Source of the DNA: Gammaproteobacteria bacterium
GTDB lineage: Bacteria > Pseudomonadota > Gammaproteobacteria > Eutrophobiales > Eutrophobiaceae
Assembly: GCA_965222155.1 (NCBI GenBank)
Contig: CBDCTH010000012.1
Coordinates: 1,376,001 to 1,440,000 of the forward strand
Reading direction: 5' to 3'
Length of the DNA: 64,000 bases
Below are positions 1 to 9,400 of the stretch, piece by piece. Positions within the stretch are counted from its first letter, which is position 1. Each line of letters opens with the position of its first letter. The notes under the pieces were generated by a model that was not told the DNA's origin, ran no database searches, and worked only from the letters and a program-made list of their open reading frames with translations. Made by a program: the position numbers and the translations under genes.

Positions 1-184
1 CACTGATCTGGGCAAACGTCCTGCTGATCCCGGCACCCTCGTCATCGACCCAGAACAGGGCAGGTTTATCGGGTTCCCAGCGGTCGATTACGTCACGGGC
101 GAAATTATATTTTTCGGGGCGCTCCCATTGGAAAGAGGAGTATGTCTCCTGATAGTCCTTCATATTGTATTCGATGCCATTCAT
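1..184 (-). CDS. AMP-dependent acyl-CoA synthetase, N-terminal part (runs off the window)
   Basis: Manual translation MNGIEYNMKDYQETYSSFQWERPEKYNFARDVIDRW..PALFWVDDEG resembles the N-termini of short/medium-chain acyl-CoA ligases. Not in the ORF track. Confidence 0.75.
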   Translation of the reverse strand, partial: MNGIEYNMKDYQETYSSFQWERPEKYNFARDVIDRWEPDKPALFWVDDEGAGISRTFAQIS

Positions 185-250
185 AAGATGATCAACGTAT
201 AAAATTTAAGGTTAAAGGTCAATGGAAATAGTGCCAGGCTGGTTGCTAAA

Positions 251-673
251 TCAAATCTTCATCTGTTCAAGTCGTTTATGGCATTGATATCTGAATTCTT
301 GTAATTCCTGCATAACGCTTTCTATATCTTCAAGCTGTCTTTCAAGCAGACAGATTTTTTCAGCGATCTTGTCGAGTATATGGTTCAACTGGGCTGCTTC
401 TCCCGGTTCGGAATCATACAAGCTGAACATTTCGCCGATTTCGTTCAGGGAGAATCCCAATCGTTTTCCGCGCAGAATCAACTTCAGTCGGGTACGATCA
501 CGAATAGTATATAGGCGGTTTCTGCCCTGTCTGACCGGGGATAACAGACCGGCATCCTCATAGAATCTGATTGTCCGGGTAGTCACATCAAATTCTTTTG
601 ATAAATCTGATATTGAGTATAGTTTTCTTTTATAACTATTTGAAATATCACTATTAATATATTTTTTTGGCAT
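251..673 (-). CDS. liuR: MerR-family regulator, LiuR-like
   Basis: YSISDLSKEFDVTTRTIRFYED...GKRLGFSLNEI MerR HTH. Likely start is the ATG at 673, because the longer ORF overlaps icmF. Confidence 0.85.
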   Translation of the reverse strand: MPKKYINSDISNSYKRKLYSISDLSKEFDVTTRTIRFYEDAGLLSPVRQGRNRLYTIRDRTRLKLILRGKRLGFSLNEIGEMFSLYDSEPGEAAQLNHILDKIAEKICLLERQLEDIESVMQELQEFRYQCHKRLEQMKI

Positions 674-706
674 GATATTTATGATGGTTTGAGTGCTAAA
701 AATATA

Positions 707-734
707 TTGACGTTTACGTAAACGTAAATATAAT
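707..734 (+). promoter_or_regulatory. Sigma70 promoter with a LiuR-type operator in the spacer
   Basis: TTGACG (707-712), palindrome TTTACGT-AA-ACGTAAA (713-728) and TATAAT (729-734). The palindrome matches the known LiuR motif. Confidence 0.85.
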
Positions 735-761
735 ACATTTATATATCTACGACAAATAAGA

Positions 762-3700
762 ATGGGAAATACTTTGCCTGAAAGTAAACAACGTACCTCC
801 GTTCCACGTTTTGTGACGGCTGCCAGCCTGTTTGATGGCCATGATGCGTCTATCAATGTTATGCGGCGGATATTACAGCAGTCCGGTGCTGAGGTAATAC
901 ACCTGGGACATAACCGTTCCGTATATGAGATTGTCACTACGGCATTACAGGAAGACGTGCAAGGAATAGCAGTCAGCTCATACCAGGGAGGACATCTGGA
1001 ATATTTTAAATACATGCTCGACATGTTGCGGGCCCATGATGCCGGTCATATCCGGGTGTTTGGTGGAGGTGGTGGAGTAATCATCCCGGATGAGATACGT
1101 GAATTGCACGATTATGGTGTACAGCGCATCTATTCTCCGGAAGACGGTCATCAGCTGGGATTACAGGGGATGATCGATGACATGCTGGAATCCTGCCGTT
1201 GTGAAACCGATTGTTTACCTTCCTCTACGTTGGATAAGTTCAAGGATGGGGACAGAAATGCCCTGTCGAGGGTAATCAGCGCCATTGAAAATAACAATCT
1301 CAATCCGGATCAAAAAGCTGACCTGAAACGACAGGCGCTCATCCGGGGCGCAGGCACGCCTGTCCTGGGCATTACCGGCACGGGCGGCGCAGGTAAATCC
1401 TCGCTCACGGATGAAATTATTCGCAGGATTCGACTGGATAGCCGGGATGGCCTCAGAATAGCCATCCTCGCTATAGATCCCACCCGTAAGAAAACAGGCG
1501 GGGCTTTGCTGGGAGACAGGATCCGGATGAACGCGATATATCATAAGACGATATATATGCGTTCCCTGGCTACGCGTTCTGCTACAACTGAAATCCCCGA
1601 TTACCTGCCGGAAATCATAAACGCGGTGAAAATGTCGGGATTTGACTTGATCATCGTCGAAACACCAGGTATCGGTCAGGGTGATGCGGGTATTGTGCCC
1701 CTGGTGGATTTTGCCGTATACGTTATGACCCCTGAGTTCGGCGCTGCCAGCCAACTGGAAAAAATTGATATGCTGGATTTTGCCGATGCCGTGGCTATTA
1801 ACAAGTTTGATCGCAAGGGCGCTGAGGATGCCCGCAGGGACGTGGCAAAACAGATGCAACGCAACCGCCAGTTGTTTTCAGAAGATCTTTACGACATGCC
1901 GGTATACGGCACTATCGCCGCCAAATACAACGATGCCGGCATTACCGCACTTTACCAGGGCCTGTTGCCTGCCTTAAAGGAAAGAGGACTACCTGAATAT
2001 AAAAGTCTCCTGCCTGCCGTCAAAGTCAAAACATCTACCGAACGTTCCGTAATTATACCGCCGCAACGGCAGCGTTACCTGGGAGAGGTGGCCGCTGTCG
2101 TTCGAGAGTACCACCAACACACACAAGAACAGGCAGACATAGCGAGACAGCGGCAGCAATTACAAGCCAGTATGGCCATGTTACAGGCTGCCGGCAGTGG
2201 AATTGACCCGGCTTCCAGTGCTGCGTTGGAGGGGCTTGCTGCACAAAAACAGGAATTACTGGACCCCTACTGCACGGAATTACTGGAGCAATGGCCAGTG
2301 CTCCGTAATAGATACCAGGGTGACGAATTTGTCATGCAGGTACGGGATAAGGATATCAGGACAAAAACCACGTTCACCACGCTCTCCGGCACGGTGGTTC
2401 CCAGAATCACGTTGCCGCGCTATGCCGATCATGGTGAACTGTTAAGCTGGCTGATGCGGGAAAACCTGCCGGGCTATTTTCCCTTTACCGCAGGCGTATT
2501 TCCGTTCAAGCGTGAAAATGAGGCTCCGACCCGCATGTTTGCAGGGGAAGGGGATCCGTTCAGGACCAACAGGCGCTTTAAGAACCTATCGGAGCATTCC
2601 GAGGCCAAACGCCTGTCAACGGCGTTCGATTCGGTGACCCTGTATGGTTTTAACCCGGACGAGCGGCCGGATATCTACGGCAAGGTCGGTAATTCCGGTG
2701 TTTCCATCGCCACCCTGGACGATATGAAAGCCTTGTACGACGGCTTTGACCTGTGTGATCCCGATACCTCCGTTTCCATGACCATCAACGGCCCGGCGCC
2801 GGCGATTCTGGCCTTTTTCCTGAACACGGCGGTTGACCAGCAGATAGAGAAATTCAAACAGGCGCATAAGAGGGAGCCGGATGCCGGGGAAGCCGCCCAC
2901 ATCCGGTCACAAACCCTGGAAAACGTGCGCGGCACCGTACAGGCCGATATCCTGAAAGAGGATCAGGGCCAGAACACCTGCATTTTTTCCACGGAATTCA
3001 GCCTGCGCGTGATGGGGGACATTCAGCAGTATTTCATCGATAACAATGTCCGTAATTTTTATTCGGTTTCCATATCCGGTTACCACATAGCAGAAGCCGG
3101 CGCCAACCCCATCTCTCAACTTGCCTTCACCCTGGCGAACGGTTTTACCTTTGTAGAGGCCTACCTTGCCCGCGGCATGCATATCGATGATTTTGCCCCT
3201 AACCTGTCGTTTTTCTTTTCCAACGGTATGGAGCCTGAGTATACGGTGCTGGGCAGGGTGGCGCGGCGCATCTGGGCTATTGCCATGCGGGATAAATACG
3301 GCGCCGGCGAACGCAGTCAGAAGCTGAAATACCATATTCAGACTTCCGGACGCTCCCTGCACGCCCGGGAGATGGCGTTTAACGATATACGTACTACCTT
3401 GCAAGCCCTGATCGCCGTTTATGACAACTGCAACAGCCTCCATACCAATGCGTTTGATGAAGCCGTTACCACGCCTACGGAGGCTTCCGTGCGGCGCGCC
3501 CTGGCTATTCAGTTAATCATCAACAAGGAATGGGGACTGGCCATGAATGAGAACCCCAGTCAGGGATCGTTTATCATTGAAGAGTTGACCTACCTGGTTG
3601 AGGAGGCGGTATTACAGGAGTTTGAACGTATCTCCGAACGGGGCGGCGTTCTCGGCGCCATGGAAACCGGGTATCAACGCGGCAGGATACAGGATGAATC

Positions 3701-4024
3701 GCTGTATTATGAACACAGGAAACATGACGGAAGCTATCCCATCATCGGTGTCAACACGTTCCTCAACCCTTACGAGGAAGAGGGTTCCGGCGCCCTGCTG
3801 AGCCGTTCCACGCAGGAGGAAAAACAAAGCCAGCTGCGGCGCTTGAGAGAGTTCGAGGAAAGGAATACGGATAAGGCGACCGGGCGCTGCAACGCATCCG
3901 TAACGCGGTAATCAACAATGAAAACGTATTCGCAGAACTCATGCACGCAGTGCGATATTGTTCCCTGGGACAACTGACCGATGCCTTTTTTGCCACCGGA
4001 GGGCAATATCGGCGCAGTATGTAA
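762..4024 (+). CDS. icmF: Fused isobutyryl-CoA mutase / MeaI GTPase (B12-dependent), frameshifted near 3883
   Basis: B12 motif DGHDASIN, P-loop GTGGAGKSS and mutase domain. The ORF stops at 3911, but the conserved C-terminus [46 protein letters not shown] continues in another frame to 4024. Confidence 0.9.
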
Positions 4025-4046
4025 TATATCCCGATTTATTCAATCA

Positions 4047-4078
4047 TCCGGTACTGTGCCCGACGGGCCGGTTTTTTT
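4047..4078 (+). terminator. Possible intrinsic terminator
   Basis: GCCCG-A-CGGGC / CCGG..CCGG stem followed by a T7 run, downstream of icmF. Confidence 0.45.
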
Positions 4079-4121
4079 CAGCTATTTAGCCATATGAAGC
4101 AATTCCAAGGAAATTGTTACT

Positions 4122-4144
4122 GGGATATACCATTGATATATCCC
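4122..4144. promoter_or_regulatory. vapBC operator-like inverted repeat
   Basis: GGGATATA-N7-TATATCCC upstream of vapB. Confidence 0.6.
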
Positions 4145-4187
4145 TAATTTGTTCTAGTATCAAATATAACCTGATGCGGAGATTTCG

Positions 4188-4408
4188 ATGGAACAATCCA
4201 CTGTGTTCAAGAGTAACAAAAGCCAGGCAGTGCGACTTCCCAAGCCGGTTGCATTGCCTGATTCGGTTAAAAAGGTGGATATGGTAATGCACGCCTGATT
4301 ACGCCTGCGGGGGAAAGCTGGGCTCACTGGTTCGACAGGCCGGGGGTTTCAGATGATTTTAGGGCGGAGCGGGAACAGCCGGCAATTCAACCAAGAGAGT
4401 CCTTATAG
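4188..4408 (+). pseudogene. vapB: VapB (AbrB-type) antitoxin, frameshifted by a small internal deletion
   Basis: MEQSTVFKSNKSQAVRLPKPVALPDSVKKVD, then in another frame GNARLITPAGESWAHWFDRPGVSDDFRAEREQPAIQPRESL*. The stop overlaps the vapC start. Confidence 0.85.
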
Positions 4409-4818
4409 TGCTCAAATACATGTTGGATACCAACATTGTCATTTACACGATCAAAAACCGGCCTGTGAGAGTGAGAGTAAGGGAAGTATTTAAACGCCAT
4501 TCAGGACAGATGGCAATTTCCGCTGTTACATTTGGTGAACTAATCTATGGCGCTGAAAGATCTTCTCAACCGGAACGTAATCTGAATGACATAGAAGGTA
4601 TGATTGCCCGGCTTGAAGTACTGCCATTCGACGAGTTGGCTGCAGCACATTTTGGGCAACTCCGTGCTGAACTGGCTCGTGCAGGAACACCAATAGGACC
4701 GTATGACCAAATGATTGCGGGTCATGCCCGTGCTGCAGGTCTTGTCCTTGTTACCAATAATGTTGATGAATTTAAACGAGTACCCGGCTTGCGAATCGAA
4801 AACTGGACTCTTCAATAA
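4408..4818 (+). CDS. vapC: VapC PIN-domain toxin (tRNA-fMet endonuclease type)
   Basis: YMLDTNIVIY...IGPYDQMIAGHAR...LVTNN..EFKRVPGLRIENW. Confidence 0.93.
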   Translation: MLKYMLDTNIVIYTIKNRPVRVRVREVFKRHSGQMAISAVTFGELIYGAERSSQPERNLNDIEGMIARLEVLPFDELAAAHFGQLRAELARAGTPIGPYDQMIAGHARAAGLVLVTNNVDEFKRVPGLRIENWTLQ

Positions 4819-4845
4819 GTGTCTTTGAAGGAGAGTTCCATTCAA

Positions 4846-4896
4846 TCCATCGTCGTACTGACCGGCGCCAGTGTATCCGCTAAATCCGGCACACCT
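4846..4896 (+). pseudogene. N-terminal remnant of a CobB/Sir2 deacylase
   Basis: Translates SIVVLTGASVSAKSGTP, compared with the sirtuin motif VVLTGAGISAESGIP. Confidence 0.6.
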
Positions 4897-4919
4897 GGCG
4901 TTGGTAAGGCTGAAATTGC

Positions 4920-5357
4920 TTGAACACTGGATTATTAAAAGGCAGTTGTCTCTGTGGCGGTATCACTTATGTAGTCAGTGCGCCATTGAGGGATGTAATA
5001 AATTGTCATTGTTCCATGTGTCGTAAAGCACATGGGGCGGCGTTTCGGACACGTGCTTCGGTCAAAGCATCTGATTTTAAATTTCTTTCCGGAGAACAAC
5101 TTCTAACGCACTATGAATCTTCCTGTGGGGAATGGCGCTCATTTTGCAGTATTTGTGGAGCCAAAATAATTACGAAGTTTTCTCTATTCCCGGATGTGTA
5201 CGGGTTTGCATTGGGCACATTGGATACTGATTCGGAAATTAAAATCGAACGCCATGTCTTTACCCGCTATAAGGCCCCCTGGCACATAATTACTGATGAC
5301 CTTCCTCAAATTGCGGATCTTAGCGATACTGAATTACAGGACGCTAAAAACAAGTAA
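4920..5357 (+). CDS. GFA/CENP-V family Zn protein
   Basis: GSCLCG...CHCSMCRK...RSFCSICG. Confidence 0.9.
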   Translation: MNTGLLKGSCLCGGITYVVSAPLRDVINCHCSMCRKAHGAAFRTRASVKASDFKFLSGEQLLTHYESSCGEWRSFCSICGAKIITKFSLFPDVYGFALGTLDTDSEIKIERHVFTRYKAPWHIITDDLPQIADLSDTELQDAKNK

Positions 5358-5470
5358 TTTCGTCTTTACGGTTTGGCCGGTGAACAGGTGCCCAATTTCA
5401 TATCTGATCTGCTGAATTAAAACCTGTCATCTTTTCTATTGACGTCCTGATCTAGAGGTACTATATTGAC

Positions 5471-5491
5471 GATTGACGTAATACGTCAATC
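5471..5491. promoter_or_regulatory. higBA operator-like palindrome
   Basis: Perfect inverted repeat GATTGACGTA-A-TACGTCAATC just upstream of higB. Confidence 0.7.
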
Positions 5492-5507
5492 TACGTCGTG
5501 AGGGAAC

Positions 5508-5783
5508 ATGATAAAGAGATTTAGATGTAAGAAAACAAAGCGTCTATACGAGGGTGGAAGAGTGCCTGCTTTTTCAGGTTTTTCGAGACAGGCTGATAAA
5601 AGGTTAAGAATACTGGATGCCTCAGAAACTCTTGGGGCTTTAAAGTCCTTGCCGAGTAATCGTTTCGAGGCTTTATCCGGTGACAGGGCAGGACAGTATA
5701 GTATACGCGTAAATAGACAGTGGCGCGTATGTTTTACGTGGGACGAAGGAGCTAATGATGTGGAAATCATAGATTATCACTAG
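5508..5783 (+). CDS. higB: HigB (RelE/ParE family) toxin
   Basis: PSNRFEALSGDRAGQYSIRVNRQWRVCF...VEIIDYH. Confidence 0.92.
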   Translation: MIKRFRCKKTKRLYEGGRVPAFSGFSRQADKRLRILDASETLGALKSLPSNRFEALSGDRAGQYSIRVNRQWRVCFTWDEGANDVEIIDYH

Positions 5784-5821
5784 ATGGATGCAGTTAAAGA
5801 TATAACAGTGAGGTGTTATTC

Positions 5822-6124
5822 ATGGTGAGAGAACCAATTCACCCAGGCGAATTTCTGGCAGATGAGCTGGAAGAAATTAAAATTACGGCAACTGAGTTAT
5901 CACGACAGATTGATGTGCCTGCTAATCGTATTTCGCAGATAATTCGAGGTAAGCGAGACATTAGCGCGGATACTGCCTTGCGTCTTGGGCAGTTTTTTGG
6001 GACTGGACCGGAACTATGGCTGAACTTGCAAAAGGCTTATGATCTGGACAAGGCTAAAGCAGTATTAGGGACAAAAATTCACAAAATACCTCGCTGGCAG
6101 CCAGAACTGCGAGCAGCAGGATAA
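5822..6124 (+). CDS. higA: HigA antitoxin
   Basis: PIHPGEFL...NRISQIIRGKRDISADTALRL...WLNLQ. Confidence 0.92.
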   Translation: MVREPIHPGEFLADELEEIKITATELSRQIDVPANRISQIIRGKRDISADTALRLGQFFGTGPELWLNLQKAYDLDKAKAVLGTKIHKIPRWQPELRAAG

Positions 6125-6179
6125 TCTCCAACACAATAATAATTTGCTTACGTTGAGGCAAACCGTTCCGGAGAGAAAT

Positions 6180-7310
6180 ATGGCTCTATCCCGTCGTGGA
6201 TTTCTCACACGCTCCACCATGTCTGCCGCAAGCGTGCCGTTCCTCTTGGGGTTCAATATCGATTATTGCGATGCTTCACCAGCATCGACCATTGACTGGT
6301 CCATGGGTTTTCCCAACGGCGCCGTCCTGTTGAATCGCAACGAAAACCCCATCGGCCCATCACCGTTAGCCATTGAAGCTGCCAACAAGGGTATCTCACG
6401 CTCATTCCGCTATGCCGATCCGGACCATATCCGCACTCTCCTTGCTGAGCACCACGGCATTGATAAAGACTATTTGTTGGTGGGGACGGGATCGGGTGAA
6501 CTCCTCAAGCTTGCCCCGCTCGCTTTCGCACGCGCGGGCAATGTGGTGTCTACGCTCGAGTCCTACCGGCAAACCCCACGCTTTGCCGAAAGGCTCGGTT
6601 CTGAAGTGAAATGGGTACACCTTCTGAAAGACAATAATTATGCCTACGATATAAACGGACTCCTGAGTGCGGTCGATGCAAATACAAAACTGTTATTCAC
6701 TGTCACGCCGAATAACCCCACCGGTACGACATTAAGCTACGATGATATGCAAAAATTGGCTGATGGGCTGCCGAAACATATGCTGCTTGTCATCGACGAA
6801 GCTTATGTCCACTTCCAGGCTGATGGAAAAACCGGCATCGACCTGGTGAAAGAGGGTTACGGAAATGTCCTGGTAACGCGCACTTTCTCCAAAGCCTATG
6901 CGCTTGCAGGATTGCGCTGTGGTTATGGTATCGGGCACCCCGACATCATGAAAAAAATTGCTGAATTCGGTTGCGGACCTACCAGTACAAACATGGCGGG
7001 ATTTGGCGCCGCCATCGCTTCACTCAAGGATCAGGCCCACCTGGAACGTTCAAGAAATTTTGTAAATAAAGCACGCGCATTTTATGAGAAGAAATTCCGG
7101 GAACTGGGAATATCTTATGTATCGGGCCCACCGATTTTTATCCTGGCTGAATTAGGTAAGAGAACTACCGCTATCAGGGATGAACTCCGGAAAAAGAAAA
7201 TCTTCGTGCGCGACGGAGTCGAGTGGGCGCTACCTGATCATATACGTATTTCCTATGGCTACGAAAAGGAAAACCAGGCTTTTTTCAGAGTACTGAAACA
7301 CCTGATTTAG
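6180..7310 (+). CDS. Class I/II PLP aminotransferase (HisC-like) with a Tat signal
   Basis: SRRGFL twin-arginine motif; NENP, PNNPTG, DEAY, RTFSKAYALAGLR. Confidence 0.88.
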   Translation: MALSRRGFLTRSTMSAASVPFLLGFNIDYCDASPASTIDWSMGFPNGAVLLNRNENPIGPSPLAIEAANKGISRSFRYADPDHIRTLLAEHHGIDKDYLLVGTGSGELLKLAPLAFARAGNVVSTLESYRQTPRFAERLGSEVKWVHLLKDNNYAYDINGLLSAVDANTKLLFTVTPNNPTGTTLSYDDMQKLADGLPKHMLLVIDEAYVHFQADGKTGIDLVKEGYGNVLVTRTFSKAYALAGLRCGYGIGHPDIMKKIAEFGCGPTSTNMAGFGAAIASLKDQAHLERSRNFVNKARAFYEKKFRELGISYVSGPPIFILAELGKRTTAIRDELRKKKIFVRDGVEWALPDHIRISYGYEKENQAFFRVLKHLI

Positions 7311-7358
7311 TATTGTTTCGCCCAATCCAACCACCGGACCTGTTTTAAAAAATACCGC

Positions 7359-8114
7359 ATGAGTAAAACTCCACATCGAATCTCCCGTCGTTTATTTATG
7401 GGCGCCGGTGGCGCCCTGATTACGATCCCTGAGCTGTCTGCATTCGCTGCAGCGGCAGAAGATACCGCAGTGCGCTCTTCCCTGTTAAGCGGCGCCGGCG
7501 TCAGTTTGATCGCAGACGCGTTGAGGAAGATCGGACAAAATCCCATGAAACTGGTGATGACAACCGAGATCAAACCCCTGGTGAACGTGGGTGCAACGAT
7601 TATCGGTCCTGCAGTGACTACCAAATGGGAACCCGCACAGGGTAAAGGTAGTGCTGAAGATATACGACGCTATGTTTTCCGGCCGCTGGATAACGCCACA
7701 GCCGGTTCCATGTGGGTTGTTGCCAGTGGCACTGAACGGATATTGAGCATGTTTGGTGACGTTATAGCCCGGGCCTGTTTGCGAAACGGCCTGGTGGGGG
7801 TCGTCACAGACAGTGGTTGCCGTGACATTGAGGCTATGCAAGCGGTCGGCTTTCCCGTATTCGGCAAGGCTTCGGTTCCCTACGGCCCGGGGAATATAAT
7901 ACGGCCGGTAGCTGCTAACGTACCGGTTACCTGCGGCGAGATAGAAGTCCATCCAGGAGATCTTGTGGCCGCGGATAGCGATGGGGTGATCGTGATCCCG
8001 AAGGCAGTTATTGGCGATTTAAAGGAAAGCGTCATAAAGCAAGCCGCTCATGAAAAAGAAATGCGCCGTAAAATTGACGCGGGTGAATCCTTAGAGAAGG
8101 CGTATTCTTTATAG
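7359..8114 (+). CDS. RraA/HMG-aldolase family protein with a Tat signal
   Basis: SRRLFMG Tat motif; FGD..GVVTDSGCRD...GDLVAADSDGVIVIP. Confidence 0.85.
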   Translation: MSKTPHRISRRLFMGAGGALITIPELSAFAAAAEDTAVRSSLLSGAGVSLIADALRKIGQNPMKLVMTTEIKPLVNVGATIIGPAVTTKWEPAQGKGSAEDIRRYVFRPLDNATAGSMWVVASGTERILSMFGDVIARACLRNGLVGVVTDSGCRDIEAMQAVGFPVFGKASVPYGPGNIIRPVAANVPVTCGEIEVHPGDLVAADSDGVIVIPKAVIGDLKESVIKQAAHEKEMRRKIDAGESLEKAYSL

Positions 8115-8150
8115 GACACCGGAAAAATCAAGTGCCAAATTGGATACGAT

Positions 8151-9134
8151 ATGAAATTAATCATGCAATCTACCCTGAACTACAGTTTGTGTAAGCTGTT
8201 TTGTTGCCTGCTATTATTATTTTCAGCAACAGCTTGTGAAAAAAGCAATAAAGTCGATATATCAGCAAAAAAACCTGTAGAAAATATAAATTCGGCAAAA
8301 CTCATCCTGGTTTCCGGCATCACCGGCAGGCAGGGGGGCGCAGTGGCAAAGGAATTACTGTCCCGTGGCTATCGCGTGCGCGGTTTAACCCGTAATCCTG
8401 AAAGTGAGCGTGCGCAACAGTTTGCCGGGCTCGGCGTTGAAATGGTCAAGGGTGATTTCAATGATATAAATTCATTAAATCAAGCAACTCAAGGCGTCTA
8501 TGGCGTTTTTTCCGTTCAGAATTTCTGGGAACACGGAAAACAGGCAGAAATTACCCAGGGAAATAACTTCGCCGACGCCGCCAAACAGGCGGGAGTGACG
8601 CATTTCGTTTATTCATCTGTCGCCAGTACCGATAAAAACACCGGTATTCCACACTTTGACAGCAAGTATGAGATTGAGAAACATATTAAATCCATACAGT
8701 TACCTTACACAATAATAAGACCCGTCTCGTTCATGGAAAATTGGGAATATTCCCGCGCTGATATTGAAAACGGGGTCATTTATGGGCCGCTGTCAGCAGA
8801 AACACCCCATCAACATATTGCCGTTAAGGATATTGGACGTTTCGTCGCCGAGGCATTTGATAACCCTGATGAATGGCTTGGGAAATCTTTAGACATAGCC
8901 GGTGATGAATATACGCAACGGGAAATCGCCAGTCTTTTCTCACAAGTGACAGGAAAAGACGTTAAATATGTCCGGACGCCATGGGATGAATTTGAACAGC
9001 AACAAGGCCCGGAGATGACCATTATGGAAAAATGGTTTGAAAACGTGGGCTACAGCGTAGACGTGGATACTCTTCGCAGCCAATACCCCTGGCTTAGTTC
9101 TTTGGAGCAATATCTAAAGGAAAATGGCTGGTAG
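8151..9134 (+). CDS. NmrA/HSCARG family NAD(P)-binding protein with a possible lipoprotein signal
   Basis: GITGRQGG, HFDSK; N-terminal hydrophobic stretch ending in SATA-C. Confidence 0.85.
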   Translation: MKLIMQSTLNYSLCKLFCCLLLLFSATACEKSNKVDISAKKPVENINSAKLILVSGITGRQGGAVAKELLSRGYRVRGLTRNPESERAQQFAGLGVEMVKGDFNDINSLNQATQGVYGVFSVQNFWEHGKQAEITQGNNFADAAKQAGVTHFVYSSVASTDKNTGIPHFDSKYEIEKHIKSIQLPYTIIRPVSFMENWEYSRADIENGVIYGPLSAETPHQHIAVKDIGRFVAEAFDNPDEWLGKSLDIAGDEYTQREIASLFSQVTGKDVKYVRTPWDEFEQQQGPEMTIMEKWFENVGYSVDVDTLRSQYPWLSSLEQYLKENGW

Positions 9135-9378
9135 AGTAAAGTCGCGAAAATCGCTTGTCCTCAAGCTGGCTCTGTTTCATTTCGCGTTAGTTCTCCTATT
9201 CGATGTGCTGGCCGTTTATGCACCCGGCATAATGACCAGGTCGATTGGAAGCGATAGCGCCTTTACTATCGGCATCGTATTTGCCTTAGGTATCGTCCTG
9301 TCCGTTATAGTCTCGGCTTTTTATTATTCCGGGCGCATTAATCAGGAAGATATGAGCCGTGCGGGTGCTTCAGATTAA
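9124..9378 (+). CDS. Small 2-TM partner of ActP (DUF485/YjcH-like)
   Basis: Two hydrophobic segments, directly upstream of actP. Confidence 0.7.
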   Translation: MAGRVKSRKSLVLKLALFHFALVLLFDVLAVYAPGIMTRSIGSDSAFTIGIVFALGIVLSVIVSAFYYSGRINQEDMSRAGASD

Positions 9379-9400
9379 AGAGCAAGGGAAGGCAAATGAT

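Noticed and set aside
674-1024. N-terminal extension of the 257-aa MerR ORF
   Set aside because: It overlaps icmF on the opposite strand and its promoter; the MerR domain starts after the ATG at 673.
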